DNA of 64,000 nucleotides from positions 9,414 to 73,413 of the forward strand of contig CAIKXD010000028.1 in assembly GCA_903831265.1 (NCBI GenBank), written 5' to 3'. How positions within the stretch are numbered: the first letter of the stretch is position 1; each line of letters begins with the position of its first letter. Made by a program: the position numbers and the translations under genes. The stretch comes from an uncultured Bacteroidota bacterium. Its GTDB lineage: Bacteria; Bacteroidota; Bacteroidia; UBA4408. The notes beneath the pieces are model-generated. The model made no database searches, was not told the origin of the DNA, and saw nothing but the letters and a program-made list of their open reading frames with translations. Positions 28,774 to 40,064 of the stretch are shown here, in pieces.

Positions 28774-29286
28774 ATGCAAGCAAAAGTTGGTATTATTATG
28801 GGAAGTCAGTCTGACTGGCCAGTAATGGAAGCAGCGGCAAAAATTTTGGAGGAATTTCAAATTCCTTTTGAAGTGCAAATTGTATCGGCACACCGTACAC
28901 CTGATTTGTTGATGGAATACGCTTCAAATGCACACAACAGAGGCATTCAGGCAATTATTGCGGGTGCTGGTGGTGCAGCGCACTTACCGGGAATGGTAGC
29001 ATCAAAAAGTCCTTTACCAGTAATTGGCGTTCCTGTAAAATCTAGCAATTCAATTGATGGTTGGGATTCTGTTTTATCTATTTTGCAAATGCCAACTGGC
29101 GTTCCTGTAGCCACTGTAGCGCTCAATGGTGCTGCAAATGCCGGAATTTTAGCAGCTCAAATTATTGGAGCAAATAATAAAGAAGTTTTAGCTAAAGTAA
29201 TGAGCTACAAAATTAATTTAGCCGATAAGGTGTTGAACAGTAAAATTCCGTTTCCTGATTTTAAATTTAGAGTAGATAGGAACTAG
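28774..29286 (+). CDS. purE: N5-CAIR mutase
   Basis: IMGSQSD, SAHRTP, AGAGGAAHLPG, QMPTGVPVATV. Confidence 0.97.
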   Translation: MQAKVGIIMGSQSDWPVMEAAAKILEEFQIPFEVQIVSAHRTPDLLMEYASNAHNRGIQAIIAGAGGAAHLPGMVASKSPLPVIGVPVKSSNSIDGWDSVLSILQMPTGVPVATVALNGAANAGILAAQIIGANNKEVLAKVMSYKINLADKVLNSKIPFPDFKFRVDRN

Positions 29287-29287
29287 T

Positions 29288-30088
29288 TTATTTCACCAAC
29301 ACATCATTTTTGTAGTTCTGTGTGCTAATTATTTTGCCAGTTTTATCATACTCTTTCCACGCGCCATTTTTTTTATCGTTTAAATAAGGACCAACAATCT
29401 TAATTGTTTTTCCATCCTCAAAATACTCTACATAATCGCCATTCATGGCGTTGCCTTTATAAATTGTTACCGTATTTAAAGCACCATCTTCGCCAAAATA
29501 TGTCTTTTGCGGACCTTCTAAACTTCCTGAAACATAATTATATTCTATGCTTAACTTACCTTTATCGGTATACCATTTTGTTACACCATTTCGCTTATCA
29601 TTAATATAAATGGTTTCTTCCTGCAATTTACCGTTTTGATAAAAAACTTTTTTTGGACCATTCATTACTCCGTTTAAATACTCTTGCTCCATCTCTACTT
29701 TTCCGTGATCAAAATAAAGTTTGTATGAGCCGTCAATCTTATCATTCTTATAAAAGCATTGTTTTCTAATTTTTCCACCGGCTTTTATATCAACGCTTAA
29801 TCCATTTTTTAAACCGGCATCATATTCTTCTAGTTTGTTAAGCATGCCATCAGCAAAATAAGTTTTAAAAGCGCCTTGTTTTTTATCATTCACATAAAAT
29901 CCATCTGTTTTAACATTGCCTACAATTTCGCGCCAAAAGCCCTGTTTTAAGCCATTTTTATCTATTTTATTGATACTGGTATCTGTAGTTGTTTTAATAT
30001 TGTTTGCCTCATTAACTGCAGTTGGCGTTTGAGCATAAGCAGCGCCAGCCACAAAAATTATTGTTGCAATTGAGCATAACTTTTTCAT
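29288..30088 (-). CDS. Exported MORN-variant repeat protein (YwqK-like)
   Basis: Signal peptide; repeated Y.NG..NG..K.YY..G units. Confidence 0.8.
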   Translation of the reverse strand: MKKLCSIATIIFVAGAAYAQTPTAVNEANNIKTTTDTSINKIDKNGLKQGFWREIVGNVKTDGFYVNDKKQGAFKTYFADGMLNKLEEYDAGLKNGLSVDIKAGGKIRKQCFYKNDKIDGSYKLYFDHGKVEMEQEYLNGVMNGPKKVFYQNGKLQEETIYINDKRNGVTKWYTDKGKLSIEYNYVSGSLEGPQKTYFGEDGALNTVTIYKGNAMNGDYVEYFEDGKTIKIVGPYLNDKKNGAWKEYDKTGKIISTQNYKNDVLVK

Positions 30089-30119
30089 ATCAATACATTT
30101 AAATTATTTAAACAAAAAA

Positions 30120-30827
30120 TTACTTTGAAAATCTCATTTGAATAACGCCTAAAATGGCTTCTTTAAAGATACCTTTACTCATTTTAGATTCACCAGCAGT
30201 GCGATCGGTAAAGGTTATTGGAACTTCTTTTATTTTAAAACCTGCTTTTTTCACTTTGTATTTCATCTCAATTTGAAAAGCATAACCTATAAATTTTATG
30301 GCATCCAAATTAATTGATTCTAACACATTTCTTTTGTAACATTTAAATCCTGCAGTAGTGTCGTGTATATTAATCCATAAAACAATACGAACATATAAAG
30401 AAGCAAAATAGCTCATCAATATGCGATCTATAGGCCAATTAACAACTTTTCCTCCTTTAACATATCTTGAACCAATCGATAAGTCGGCACCATCTTTTGC
30501 ACACGCATTAAACAGGTTTACTAAATCATCAGGATTATGAGAAAAATCACAATCCATTTCAAAAATATAATCGAATTTGTGCTCAATAGCATACTTGAAC
30601 CCTGCAATATAGGCAGTGCCTAAACCAAGTTTACCTTTTCTTTCTAATAGGTGAAGTTTTTTTCCAAACTCGTTTTGCAGATTTTGTACAATTTGCGCAG
30701 TTCCATCTGGCGAGCCATCATCAACAATCAACAATTCAAAAGCCACAGGTAGCGAAAACACTTTACGCACCATGCGTTCTATGTTTTCTTTTTCGTTGTA
30801 GGTTGGTATAATTACCAGATTGCTCAA
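30120..30827 (-). CDS. Polyprenol monophosphomannose synthase (GT2, DPM1-like)
   Basis: IIPTYNEKENI, VDDGSPDGT, GLGTAYIAGF, MDCDFSH, GYAFQIE. Confidence 0.92.
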   Translation of the reverse strand: MSNLVIIPTYNEKENIERMVRKVFSLPVAFELLIVDDGSPDGTAQIVQNLQNEFGKKLHLLERKGKLGLGTAYIAGFKYAIEHKFDYIFEMDCDFSHNPDDLVNLFNACAKDGADLSIGSRYVKGGKVVNWPIDRILMSYFASLYVRIVLWINIHDTTAGFKCYKRNVLESINLDAIKFIGYAFQIEMKYKVKKAGFKIKEVPITFTDRTAGESKMSKGIFKEAILGVIQMRFSK

Positions 30828-30926
30828 TTGGTGCTAATTTAGTTTTTACAAACCTATATTAATTCACATAATTAAACAATAGAAAAAAAATCTTTTTAGG
30901 AATATTAACGTACAATTACTATCTTT

Positions 30927-31322
30927 ATGGTAATGAAGCCTATTTTAATCATAGTTTATACGTTATTGTTTGCACCATTTTATGAACGGGATGTTTTGCC
31001 CACGCAACAAAAAACACAAAGTTTATATCAGGCAAAAGGAAAGGCCAGCTACTACGCCGATAAATTTAATGGCAGAAAAACTTCTAGTGGTGAAAGATTT
31101 AATAATGATAGCTTAACTGCCGCGCACAAATACCTGCCATTTGGCACTTTAGTAATTGTTACAAACCTTAAAAATGATTCGGTAGTGGTGGTAAGAATTA
31201 ACGACCGCTTGCCAAAAAAATCGACAAGAACTATTGATCTAACCAAAGCTGCAGCGCGCAAACTTAACTTTATAAGTAGTGGTATAACACAAGTTTATAT
31301 TAAGGAAAAAGTAAAATATTAA
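30927..31322 (+). CDS. rlpA: Septal ring lytic transglycosylase RlpA family protein
   Basis: GKASYY..F.GRKTSSGE, TAAHKYLPFGT, VRINDR, IDLTKAAA. Confidence 0.9.
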   Translation: MVMKPILIIVYTLLFAPFYERDVLPTQQKTQSLYQAKGKASYYADKFNGRKTSSGERFNNDSLTAAHKYLPFGTLVIVTNLKNDSVVVVRINDRLPKKSTRTIDLTKAAARKLNFISSGITQVYIKEKVKY

Positions 31323-31409
31323 CTTTATTAACTATGTGCTTTTAATTAATTATTTAAATACACAAAACAGGATTGTATAATTGAATTACCTTGCTGCTAT
31401 ATTTTTTTA

Positions 31410-34043
31410 ATGAAAAACCCTAATTTAAAAACCTTTTCTAAAAGTATTATTTGCAGTTTTCTTTTGACTATTTCTATGTTTACGTGGAATTGTAAAAGCA
31501 TAAGACACGGAAATGAAAAAGGAAAATTAAATGCTTATATTGATACTACAGACCTCGATTATCAATCTAGTTTTCCAATATACCGCGAAACTCCAAAACG
31601 AGTTAACGATATTATTCATACAAAACTCGATTTAAAATTTGATATGCCTAAGGCCGTTGTTTATGGGAAGGCTACAATTACGTTTAAACCATATTTTTAT
31701 AGCGTATCAACTATTGAATTAAATGCTATTGGATTTCAAATTAACAACATTGCCGGTTTGGGCCAGTTAAGTGGCAAAGATTTGAAATACAATTATGATG
31801 GTAAAAATTTAATTATTGATTTAGGTAAAACATATACTTCAAAAGACACTCTAAGTATTTTTATTGATTATGTTGCTAAACCTGATGAGCAAATGCAAGG
31901 CGCCAGTGATGCAATTGTTAGCGATAAAGGATTATATTTTATTAATAAAGATGGCAGCCAACCGGGGTTTCCTACCCAAATTTGGTCGCAAGGCGAAACA
32001 CAGGCCAATAGCAAATGGTTTCCTACTATTGATGCGCCCAACGAGCGTATGACCCAAGAAATATTATTAACTGTAAATAAAAAATACACCACCCTTTCAA
32101 ACGGATTGTTGCTTTCTCAAAAAGAAAATGAAGATGGCACACGTACTGATTATTGGAAACAATCTTTACCTGCTGCGCCCTATTTAACAATGATAGCAGT
32201 AGGCGAATATGGAATTGTTAAGGACAGGTATAAAAACATAGAAGTTTCTTATTATTTAGAGCCTCAGTATGTAAAGTATGCCAAACAAATTTTTGGTGAT
32301 ACCCCAGAAATGATTTCGTATTTTTCTAATTTATTAGGTGTTGAATATCCATGGGAAAAGTATGCGCAAATTGCGGTGCGAGATTATGTGTCTGGCGCCA
32401 TGGAAAATACAACCGCAACGGTGTTTGGCGATGATATTCAAAGAACAGAAAAAGAACTTTTAGATGCCACTGGGGTGGATATTATTGCACATGAACTTTT
32501 TCACCAATGGTTTGGAAATTTGGTAACCTGCGAAAGCTGGAGTAACTTACCATTGAATGAATCATTCGCTAATTACTCTGAGTATATCTGGCTTTCACAT
32601 AAATATGGTAAAGATGAAGGCGATGAACATTTGCAAAAAGACCTAGAAATTTATCTTAACGAGTCAAAGATGAAACAGGCCAACCTTATTCGTTTTTATT
32701 ATAATGATAAAGAGGAAATGTTTGATGGACACAGTTATAGCAAAGGCGGTAGAGTGCTACACATGCTTAGAAATTATGTTGGCGATGAAGCCTTTTTTGC
32801 ATCCTTAAAATTATATTTAAATACTAAAAGATTTAACTCAGCAGAAATAGCTGATTTAAGATTGGCCTTTGAATCAGTAACTGGCGAAGACCTCAATTGG
32901 TTTTTTGACCAATGGTTTATGTCAAGTGGCCACCCAGAAATTGCTGTTAATAGTTACTATAATGATACCACAAAACAAATTGTATTAAACGTTCGTCAAA
33001 ATCAAAACTTTTCGTTTGCACCTTTGTATAAAATTCCACTTGTTGTTGATGTATACAGTGCTAATGGCAAAGTAAGACATCCAATTACAATCTCTAAACA
33101 GGAAGAAATTTTTTACTTCGATTCAAAGGTTAAACCCAATTTAGTTGAATTTGATGCAGAGCACATGCTACTTGCAGTAATTAGTGAAGTTAAATCAAAC
33201 GAAGAGTGGATTTATCAATATAAAAATTGCCCTACTTTTTTTGCAAGAAGCGAAGCCATAAAAAATTTAAGTGGGCAAAAAGGAAAGCAGATTTACGATT
33301 GTATTTTAAGTGCTACAAATGATAAATATCATGGCATTAGAGCGCAAGCTGCAGAGGCTTTGTCGGAAAATTTTACGAAAGAAAATACAACACAATTAAA
33401 GCAAACTTTTTTAACTATGGCTTTAAAGGAAGAAAAGTCGTATTTAAGGTCTTATGCGCTAAAATATTGGTATAAGCTTGCAAAAGAGGATGAGAATATA
33501 AAAGAAATACTTGTAAACGCCACTAATGATAAATCTTTTTTAGTGCAAACTATGGCACTGTCTTTATTAAATAAAACAGATCAGGATTTGGGCTTTGAAA
33601 TGGCCAAGAAATTTGAGAGTGAAACCAATACGAACATGGTAAGCGAAATTTCGAGAATTTATGCCGATTTAGGCTCTGATAAAGAAAACGAATACTTTGT
33701 AAAAAACTATAATAGAATTTCTGGTTTTGAAAAGTATGACTTCATAGAACTTTACGGAAAATATCTTTTAGGCAGAAGTGATGATGTAATTAATATTGGG
33801 GTTAAGCTTTTAGAGCGCGAAGCCCGCAACAATAATATTTGGTTTATAAAATTAAATGCGGTAAACAAACTAAATCAAATTATTGATATGTATACACAGC
33901 GCGAGCAAGAATTGAAAGATAAAACAGATAAGCAAAACCTGTATCAATCAACTATCCTGCAAAAAGAGAAAATTAAAAATATACTCTCCGATATTAAGAA
34001 GGCCGAAAACAACGAAAATTTGATTAAGATTTATAAGAATTAG
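31410..34043 (+). CDS. M1 family aminopeptidase with C-terminal HEAT-like repeats
   Basis: GAMEN, HELFH...E (NESFA), YSKGG. Confidence 0.93.
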   Translation: MKNPNLKTFSKSIICSFLLTISMFTWNCKSIRHGNEKGKLNAYIDTTDLDYQSSFPIYRETPKRVNDIIHTKLDLKFDMPKAVVYGKATITFKPYFYSVSTIELNAIGFQINNIAGLGQLSGKDLKYNYDGKNLIIDLGKTYTSKDTLSIFIDYVAKPDEQMQGASDAIVSDKGLYFINKDGSQPGFPTQIWSQGETQANSKWFPTIDAPNERMTQEILLTVNKKYTTLSNGLLLSQKENEDGTRTDYWKQSLPAAPYLTMIAVGEYGIVKDRYKNIEVSYYLEPQYVKYAKQIFGDTPEMISYFSNLLGVEYPWEKYAQIAVRDYVSGAMENTTATVFGDDIQRTEKELLDATGVDIIAHELFHQWFGNLVTCESWSNLPLNESFANYSEYIWLSHKYGKDEGDEHLQKDLEIYLNESKMKQANLIRFYYNDKEEMFDGHSYSKGGRVLHMLRNYVGDEAFFASLKLYLNTKRFNSAEIADLRLAFESVTGEDLNWFFDQWFMSSGHPEIAVNSYYNDTTKQIVLNVRQNQNFSFAPLYKIPLVVDVYSANGKVRHPITISKQEEIFYFDSKVKPNLVEFDAEHMLLAVISEVKSNEEWIYQYKNCPTFFARSEAIKNLSGQKGKQIYDCILSATNDKYHGIRAQAAEALSENFTKENTTQLKQTFLTMALKEEKSYLRSYALKYWYKLAKEDENIKEILVNATNDKSFLVQTMALSLLNKTDQDLGFEMAKKFESETNTNMVSEISRIYADLGSDKENEYFVKNYNRISGFEKYDFIELYGKYLLGRSDDVINIGVKLLEREARNNNIWFIKLNAVNKLNQIIDMYTQREQELKDKTDKQNLYQSTILQKEKIKNILSDIKKAENNENLIKIYKN

Positions 34044-35079
34044 CAATGACCTTTGCTCCTATCTTCATAAAATAAAGTTCAAAGTATTTATGTACCAATT
34101 TACTAATAACAAGTGTTAGCGTAATGCCTAGCATAATCAGTAAAGTATTATCGTTAGGAAAAATATAATAAGGCTGAAGCTTTCTAATTAAAATACATAA
34201 CAGCTGGTAAACAATGGGATGTAAAAGGTAAACACCAAAACTTATTTCTCCTAATTGTTGCAGTGTTTGATCAAGTAGTTTGGGCAATGCCAATTCTATT
34301 TTATAAAACCCAATGCAAATGAGAATAGCGCCTATGGTAAAAATCCAACGTTTTAAGCCATACAACAAATGAATACCATCTTTACCAGATGGAAAGCAAA
34401 ACAACATTATTGCTCCAATTAAAATAGCCAAAACAGCGGTAGTGTTTACTATTTTTTGTTTAAATAACACCGGAATTAATAACCCCACATAAAATAAAAA
34501 CAAATGATTTAGAGGGTTTACATAATTAGTCCACTGGTTATGCAAGCTATCATTTGGATTAAATATATAAAACGCAAAATAATGATAGATAAGCATAAAA
34601 ATTACCCCAATCAGGCTAAAATAAATGCGACTTTTATTCAATAAAAAAATTAAAAACGGAAAGAAAAGATAAAACACTAATTCATTACCAATACTCCATG
34701 AACCTGCGGCAATGTATCCATCCCATAAAAAAATACTAAACACACCGCTAACATTCAAAAGTAATTTTGCGACACTTACTTTTTTTAATGCTACTATTAA
34801 AGAGAGGGCAATACTCAACCAAAACAATGGAAAAATTCTAAAAAAACGTTTCGTAAAATAATTTGCTAAAGATGTTTTTTTGAGATCTAAATTGGCATTG
34901 TAAACATGAAATAAGGTAATACCGCTTAGTATATAAAATATCTCAACACCGTATACACTTAATCTGCCAATAAAAGATTGCGCGCCATCGTATACATGTA
35001 ACCATTTCATAAAATGATAGCACATAATGCTTAAGGCTGCAAGACCTCTTAAATAATCAAGTTCCTTTATTCTAACCAT
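34024..35079 (-). CDS. Acyltransferase-3 (OafA-like) membrane protein
   Basis: LDYLRGLAAL, GVEIFYILSG, KRFFRIFP, WSIGNELVFY, LGEISFGVYLLH. Confidence 0.9.
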   Translation of the reverse strand: MVRIKELDYLRGLAALSIMCYHFMKWLHVYDGAQSFIGRLSVYGVEIFYILSGITLFHVYNANLDLKKTSLANYFTKRFFRIFPLFWLSIALSLIVALKKVSVAKLLLNVSGVFSIFLWDGYIAAGSWSIGNELVFYLFFPFLIFLLNKSRIYFSLIGVIFMLIYHYFAFYIFNPNDSLHNQWTNYVNPLNHLFLFYVGLLIPVLFKQKIVNTTAVLAILIGAIMLFCFPSGKDGIHLLYGLKRWIFTIGAILICIGFYKIELALPKLLDQTLQQLGEISFGVYLLHPIVYQLLCILIRKLQPYYIFPNDNTLLIMLGITLTLVISKLVHKYFELYFMKIGAKVIANSYKS

Positions 35080-35242
35080 TAAAACAAATACAAGTTAACA
35101 CCAATAGTTTAAAACACGAAGCTATTAAAATGAAGTGAATAATTGTGTTTAAAAATTATCAATTACTTAACATACAATTGAGTCAATTACTTTAAATTTA
35201 GGGTGTTCTTAATTATAATATTTACCAACCATTTAAAACTAC

Positions 35243-36577
35243 ATGGCAATGGCTAAAAAGAAAGAAAAAAAAGTGTTTGTATTAGACACTTCCGTTTTGC
35301 TTTTTGATCACCGATCAATTAAAAACTTTGCCGAGCATGATGTGGCAATTCCAATAACAGTTTTAGAAGAAGTTGACCGTTTTAAAAAAGGCAATGATGT
35401 TATTAATTTCGAAGCACGTGAATTTATTCGCATGCTAGATGAGCTATCGCAAAGTAACTCTTTGCAAGATTGGTTGCCCATTAACGGAACAGCGAAAGGC
35501 AAATTTAAAGTGCAGATGAATGAAAAAAGCCGGAAAGATGCTAATCAAATTTTTGGAGAGAAAAAAGCAGACCACAATATTTTGAATGCCGCCATGCAGC
35601 TGGCAGAAGAGCGCAGCGATTGCACAGTAATTTTAGTAACTAAAGATATTAATTTGCGCTTAAAAGCACGCTCTTTAAATATTGTTGCCGAAGATTATGA
35701 AACTGGAAAAGTAAAAGATATCGACCAGCTTTATAAAGGTAACACCACATTAAGTGTTGCGCAAAGCACCATCACAAAAATTTATACTGCCGGCTATTGC
35801 TCACTTAAAGATGTAAAACTTAAAAGTGCTATTGCTAATCATTTTTACACCTTAAAAAATGGTGATGCTTCGGCCATTGTTTATTATAACGATGATACAA
35901 AGCAATTGGAGCGTATTAATAAAGAAAATGCTTATGGCATAAAGCCTAGAAATGTAGAGCAAGCTTTTGCCTTGCATGCTGTGTTAAATCCTAAAGTACT
36001 TTTAGTAACTATTCAAGGTATTGCGGGTACAGGTAAAACCTTGCTGGCATTGGCCGGTGCAATGGCACAAAAACAAAATTTTCATCAAATATATTTAGCA
36101 CGACCAATTGTTCCATTAAGCAACAAGGATATTGGATTTTTACCTGGCGATATAAAGGCCAAAATAAATCCATACATGGAGCCACTTTGGGATAATTTAA
36201 AATTGATACAAAATCAATTTAAGGAAACGGATAAAGAGTACCAAAAAATTAGGGAAATGGTAGAAAAAGAAAAGTTGCATATTACTCCACTGGCCTATAT
36301 AAGAGGCAGAAGTTTAAGCAACATTATTTTTATTATAGATGAGGCGCAAAACCTAACACCGCATGAGGTTAAGACCATTATTACTAGAGCAGGAGAAAAT
36401 ACAAAAATTATCTTTACAGGAGATATTTTTCAAATAGATACCCCATACTTGGATACACATAGTAATGGACTTTCTTATTTAATTGATAAAATGAAAAATC
36501 ATCCTTTGTATGCACACATGACCCTTGAAAAAGGCGAACGCTCAGAATTGGCCAATGTTGCTAGTTTAATGCTGTAA
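35243..36577 (+). CDS. PIN-domain PhoH family protein (PhoH2/YlaK-like)
   Basis: VLDTSVLL PIN N-terminus; GIAGTGKT, GFLPGD, YIRGRSL, IDEAQN, RSELA. Confidence 0.93.
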   Translation: MAMAKKKEKKVFVLDTSVLLFDHRSIKNFAEHDVAIPITVLEEVDRFKKGNDVINFEAREFIRMLDELSQSNSLQDWLPINGTAKGKFKVQMNEKSRKDANQIFGEKKADHNILNAAMQLAEERSDCTVILVTKDINLRLKARSLNIVAEDYETGKVKDIDQLYKGNTTLSVAQSTITKIYTAGYCSLKDVKLKSAIANHFYTLKNGDASAIVYYNDDTKQLERINKENAYGIKPRNVEQAFALHAVLNPKVLLVTIQGIAGTGKTLLALAGAMAQKQNFHQIYLARPIVPLSNKDIGFLPGDIKAKINPYMEPLWDNLKLIQNQFKETDKEYQKIREMVEKEKLHITPLAYIRGRSLSNIIFIIDEAQNLTPHEVKTIITRAGENTKIIFTGDIFQIDTPYLDTHSNGLSYLIDKMKNHPLYAHMTLEKGERSELANVASLML

Positions 36578-36652
36578 TTTAATGATTTGGTTTTATTGAA
36601 TATATTACCTTTGCACCCTAAACAAAAATGCAAATAATTTGCTTATTGGGGT

Positions 36653-39600
36653 ATGGATATTGAATCGTTAAAGCAAATATATAGTAAGAGCAATCAGGTT
36701 TCAGAACTAGCAGCTTATCTTAAAAATAGTGCGCAATGCAATGTGCAGTTAAAGGGATTGGCAGGAAGTGCTATTGCTTTTATTGGCAATGCAGTAATCG
36801 AAACCCTTCAAGGAACTCATCTTTTTATTTTACCTGATAAGGAGCAAGCAGCTTACGTTTTTAACGATTTAGAAAATTTAATTGGCAAAGAAAAAGTATT
36901 GTTTTTTCCAATGAGTTATAAAAAACCATACGAGCCAGAAACAATTGACAATGCCAATGTTTTATTCAGGTCAGAGGTATTAAACCATCTTACAAATATT
37001 CATCAAACCTCTATTATAGTTACTTATCCGCACGCACTGTTCGAAAAAGTAGTTACCAAAAAACATTTAACCGAAAACACTTTTCATCTCAAACGAAAAG
37101 AAAAAGTTGATTTAGATTTTATGTTCTCTTTTTTAGAAGAGTATGGCTTCGATAGAGTAGATTTTGTGGTTCAACCGGGCGAATTTAGTGTACGCGGTGG
37201 TATTATTGATGTATTTTCTTTTAGTAATGATTATCCTTATCGTATCGAGTTTTTTGATGACGAGGTAGAAAGCATAAGAACCTTTGATACCGCCTCACAA
37301 TTATCTGTGGCGCATTTCGATTTTATAAGTATCATTCCTAATATCAGCGAAAAGTTATTGATTGAAAGAAGGGCTTCTTTTTTAGAATTTATTTCATCAG
37401 AAACTGCTATTTGGGTAAGTCATTTAGATCACTCAGCTGATTTATTGCAAAAGTCTTTTGAAGCCGCTGAAGCTGCGCATTTAAAGGCAGAGCAAGGCAT
37501 TATAAAGCAATTGCCACCGCATGAATTATTTATTGATAAAGCTATTTTTCTTGAATCAATAACAAGATTTAGAAACATAGAATTTGGAAATCAAAGTGTA
37601 CTTAATTTCGATAAAGTATTTGAATTTAGTTTTTCGCCACAACCTAGCTTTAATAAAAATTTTGAACTACTTATTTCTAATTTAAAAAGCAATTTAGAAC
37701 AAAAAATTACCAATTTGCTTTTTGCAGATACACCTAAGCAAACAGAACGTTTATTAAGTATTTTAGAAGATGTAAATGCATCGCAAGGCAAGCGATTTTC
37801 GAGCGATGAAGTAACGCCAATTTTACTTTCTTTAAGCGAGGGTTTTATTGATAACAATTTAAAAATTGCTTGTTACACCGATCACCAAATATTTAATCGA
37901 TATCATCGATATAAATTAAAAGACCAGTTTAAAAGCAAGAGCGAAGCACTTACATTAAAAGAGCTTAAATCGCTTAATCCTGGCGACTTTGTAACTCATA
38001 TCGACCATGGTGTTGGTCGCTTTGCTGGGCTCGAAAAAATTGATGTTAACGGAAAACAACAAGAAGCCATAAGATTGGTTTATCGCGACAATGATATTTT
38101 ATATGTAAGCATTCAATCTTTGCATCGTATTGCTAAATATAGTGGTCAAGAAGGCACGCTTCCTAAGTTAAATAAGCTTGGCAGTAACACATGGAATGCA
38201 TTAAAACAAAAAACTAAATCTAAAGTAAAAGAAATAGCTTATGATTTAATTAAACTATATGCTAAAAGAAAATCTCAGCAAGGCTTTGAATTTAGTCCTG
38301 ATACTTACCTGCAAACAGAACTTGAAGCTTCTTTTTTATATGAAGATACTCCTGATCAAGTAAAGTCAACTGCTGCTGTTAAAAAGGATATGGAAGCTCC
38401 ATTCCCTATGGACAGATTGATTTGTGGCGATGTTGGTTTTGGAAAAACTGAAATTGCTGTAAGAGCCGCCTTTAAAGCCGTTTGTGATAGTAAACAAGTT
38501 GTAATTTTAGTGCCTACCACTATTCTTGCATTGCAACATTATAAAACATTTAAAGAAAGGTTAAAAGATTTCCCTTGTAATGTTGATTATATCAATCGTT
38601 TTAGAAGCCCTAAAGAACAAAAGGATACGCTTAAAAGAGTGGAAGAGGGCAAAGTTGATATTCTTATAGGCACGCATCGTATTGTAGGAAAAGATGTAAA
38701 GTTTAAAGATCTTGGTTTAATGATTATTGACGAAGAGCAAAAGTTTGGTGTGGCGGTAAAAGACAAACTTAAAACCATCAAATCAAATATTGATACTTTA
38801 ACATTAACTGCAACGCCAATACCGCGTACCCTGCAATTTAGTATGATGGGCGCGCGCGATTTATCAGTTATTGTAACACCGCCACCAAATAGGTATCCTG
38901 TTCAAACTGAGTTGCACACTTTTAACGAAGAAGTAATTCGCGATGCTGTTGCTTACGAAATTTCAAGAGGTGGTCAGGTTTTCTTTGTGCATAATAGAGT
39001 GCAAAATATTCAAGAAGTGGCTGGCATGATTCAACGTTTATGCCCCGATGCACGCGTAATTATTGCACATGGACAAATGGAAGGCGACAAGTTGGAGCAA
39101 GCTATGATGAGTTTTGTAGATGGTTTGTATGATGTACTTGTGGCTACTACTATTATTGAAGCGGGCTTAGATATTAGTAATGCAAACACTATTATTATTA
39201 ATGGCGCCAATTTATTTGGATTAAGCGATTTACATCAAATGCGTGGACGTGTGGGCCGAAGCAATAAAAAGGCTTTTTGTTATTTACTAGCTCCGCCTGC
39301 CAGCATGCTCACCACCGAAGCAAGAAAAAGATTGAAAGCTATTGAAGAGTTTGCCGATTTGGGTTCAGGCTTTAATATTGCTTTGCGCGATTTAGATATT
39401 AGAGGCGCAGGTAATTTACTAGGTGGCGAACAAAGCGGTTTTATTGCCGAAATTGGGTTCGAAATGTATATGAAAATTTTAAATGAAGCCATTGAGGAGC
39501 TAAAAGAAACAGAGTTTAAAAACTTATATGAAGATAGTGATAGCGCACATCAAATGATGCGCAAAGCAGGTGTTAGCGGAGGCAATTTTATAAAAGATTG

Positions 39601-40045
39601 CCAAGTGGATACCGATATGGAAATACTATTTTCTGATGAGTATATTGCCAATATCACCGAAAGAATGAGTTTGTATAAAGAACTCGATGATATGGAAACA
39701 GAAGAACAATTGCAGCTATATGAGAAAAATTTAATTGATAGATTTGGACCTCTGCCAAAACAAGCTAAAGAACTACTTAACGCCATTCGTTTAAGATGGA
39801 TATCCATTGAAATAGGCTTCGAAAAAGTAGTCTTAAAAAACAATAGAATGGTAGGTTTTTTTATTGCTAAACAGGACAGCCCTTTTTATGAAAGTCCAGC
39901 ATTTCATAGAGTAATTGATTTTATGAAGCAACAACCGCATGCCGCAAGACTAAAGGAAACACCTGGCAATAAATTAACAATGGTGTTTGACAGGGTTAGT
40001 AATTTAAATGAAGCGTTACAAGTTTGTAAAAAGATAATTACCTAA
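36653..40045 (+). CDS. mfd: Transcription-repair coupling factor
   Basis: GEFSVRGGIIDVF, VTHIDHGVG, GDVGFGKTE, DEEQKFGV, LTATPIPRTL, QMRGRVGR, TRCF C-terminus. Confidence 0.98.
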   Translation: MDIESLKQIYSKSNQVSELAAYLKNSAQCNVQLKGLAGSAIAFIGNAVIETLQGTHLFILPDKEQAAYVFNDLENLIGKEKVLFFPMSYKKPYEPETIDNANVLFRSEVLNHLTNIHQTSIIVTYPHALFEKVVTKKHLTENTFHLKRKEKVDLDFMFSFLEEYGFDRVDFVVQPGEFSVRGGIIDVFSFSNDYPYRIEFFDDEVESIRTFDTASQLSVAHFDFISIIPNISEKLLIERRASFLEFISSETAIWVSHLDHSADLLQKSFEAAEAAHLKAEQGIIKQLPPHELFIDKAIFLESITRFRNIEFGNQSVLNFDKVFEFSFSPQPSFNKNFELLISNLKSNLEQKITNLLFADTPKQTERLLSILEDVNASQGKRFSSDEVTPILLSLSEGFIDNNLKIACYTDHQIFNRYHRYKLKDQFKSKSEALTLKELKSLNPGDFVTHIDHGVGRFAGLEKIDVNGKQQEAIRLVYRDNDILYVSIQSLHRIAKYSGQEGTLPKLNKLGSNTWNALKQKTKSKVKEIAYDLIKLYAKRKSQQGFEFSPDTYLQTELEASFLYEDTPDQVKSTAAVKKDMEAPFPMDRLICGDVGFGKTEIAVRAAFKAVCDSKQVVILVPTTILALQHYKTFKERLKDFPCNVDYINRFRSPKEQKDTLKRVEEGKVDILIGTHRIVGKDVKFKDLGLMIIDEEQKFGVAVKDKLKTIKSNIDTLTLTATPIPRTLQFSMMGARDLSVIVTPPPNRYPVQTELHTFNEEVIRDAVAYEISRGGQVFFVHNRVQNIQEVAGMIQRLCPDARVIIAHGQMEGDKLEQAMMSFVDGLYDVLVATTIIEAGLDISNANTIIINGANLFGLSDLHQMRGRVGRSNKKAFCYLLAPPASMLTTEARKRLKAIEEFADLGSGFNIALRDLDIRGAGNLLGGEQSGFIAEIGFEMYMKILNEAIEELKETEFKNLYEDSDSAHQMMRKAGVSGGNFIKDCQVDTDMEILFSDEYIANITERMSLYKELDDMETEEQLQLYEKNLIDRFGPLPKQAKELLNAIRLRWISIEIGFEKVVLKNNRMVGFFIAKQDSPFYESPAFHRVIDFMKQQPHAARLKETPGNKLTMVFDRVSNLNEALQVCKKIIT

Positions 40046-40064
40046 TTGCATCAATTATTTTTTA

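Noticed and set aside
29288..30088. YwqK-like antitoxin implying a toxin-antitoxin system
   Set aside because: Generic MORN-variant repeat protein with a signal peptide; no toxin gene adjacent
34024..34043. 20-bp overlap of convergent peptidase and acyltransferase genes
   Set aside because: Short convergent overlaps are common; both proteins look complete
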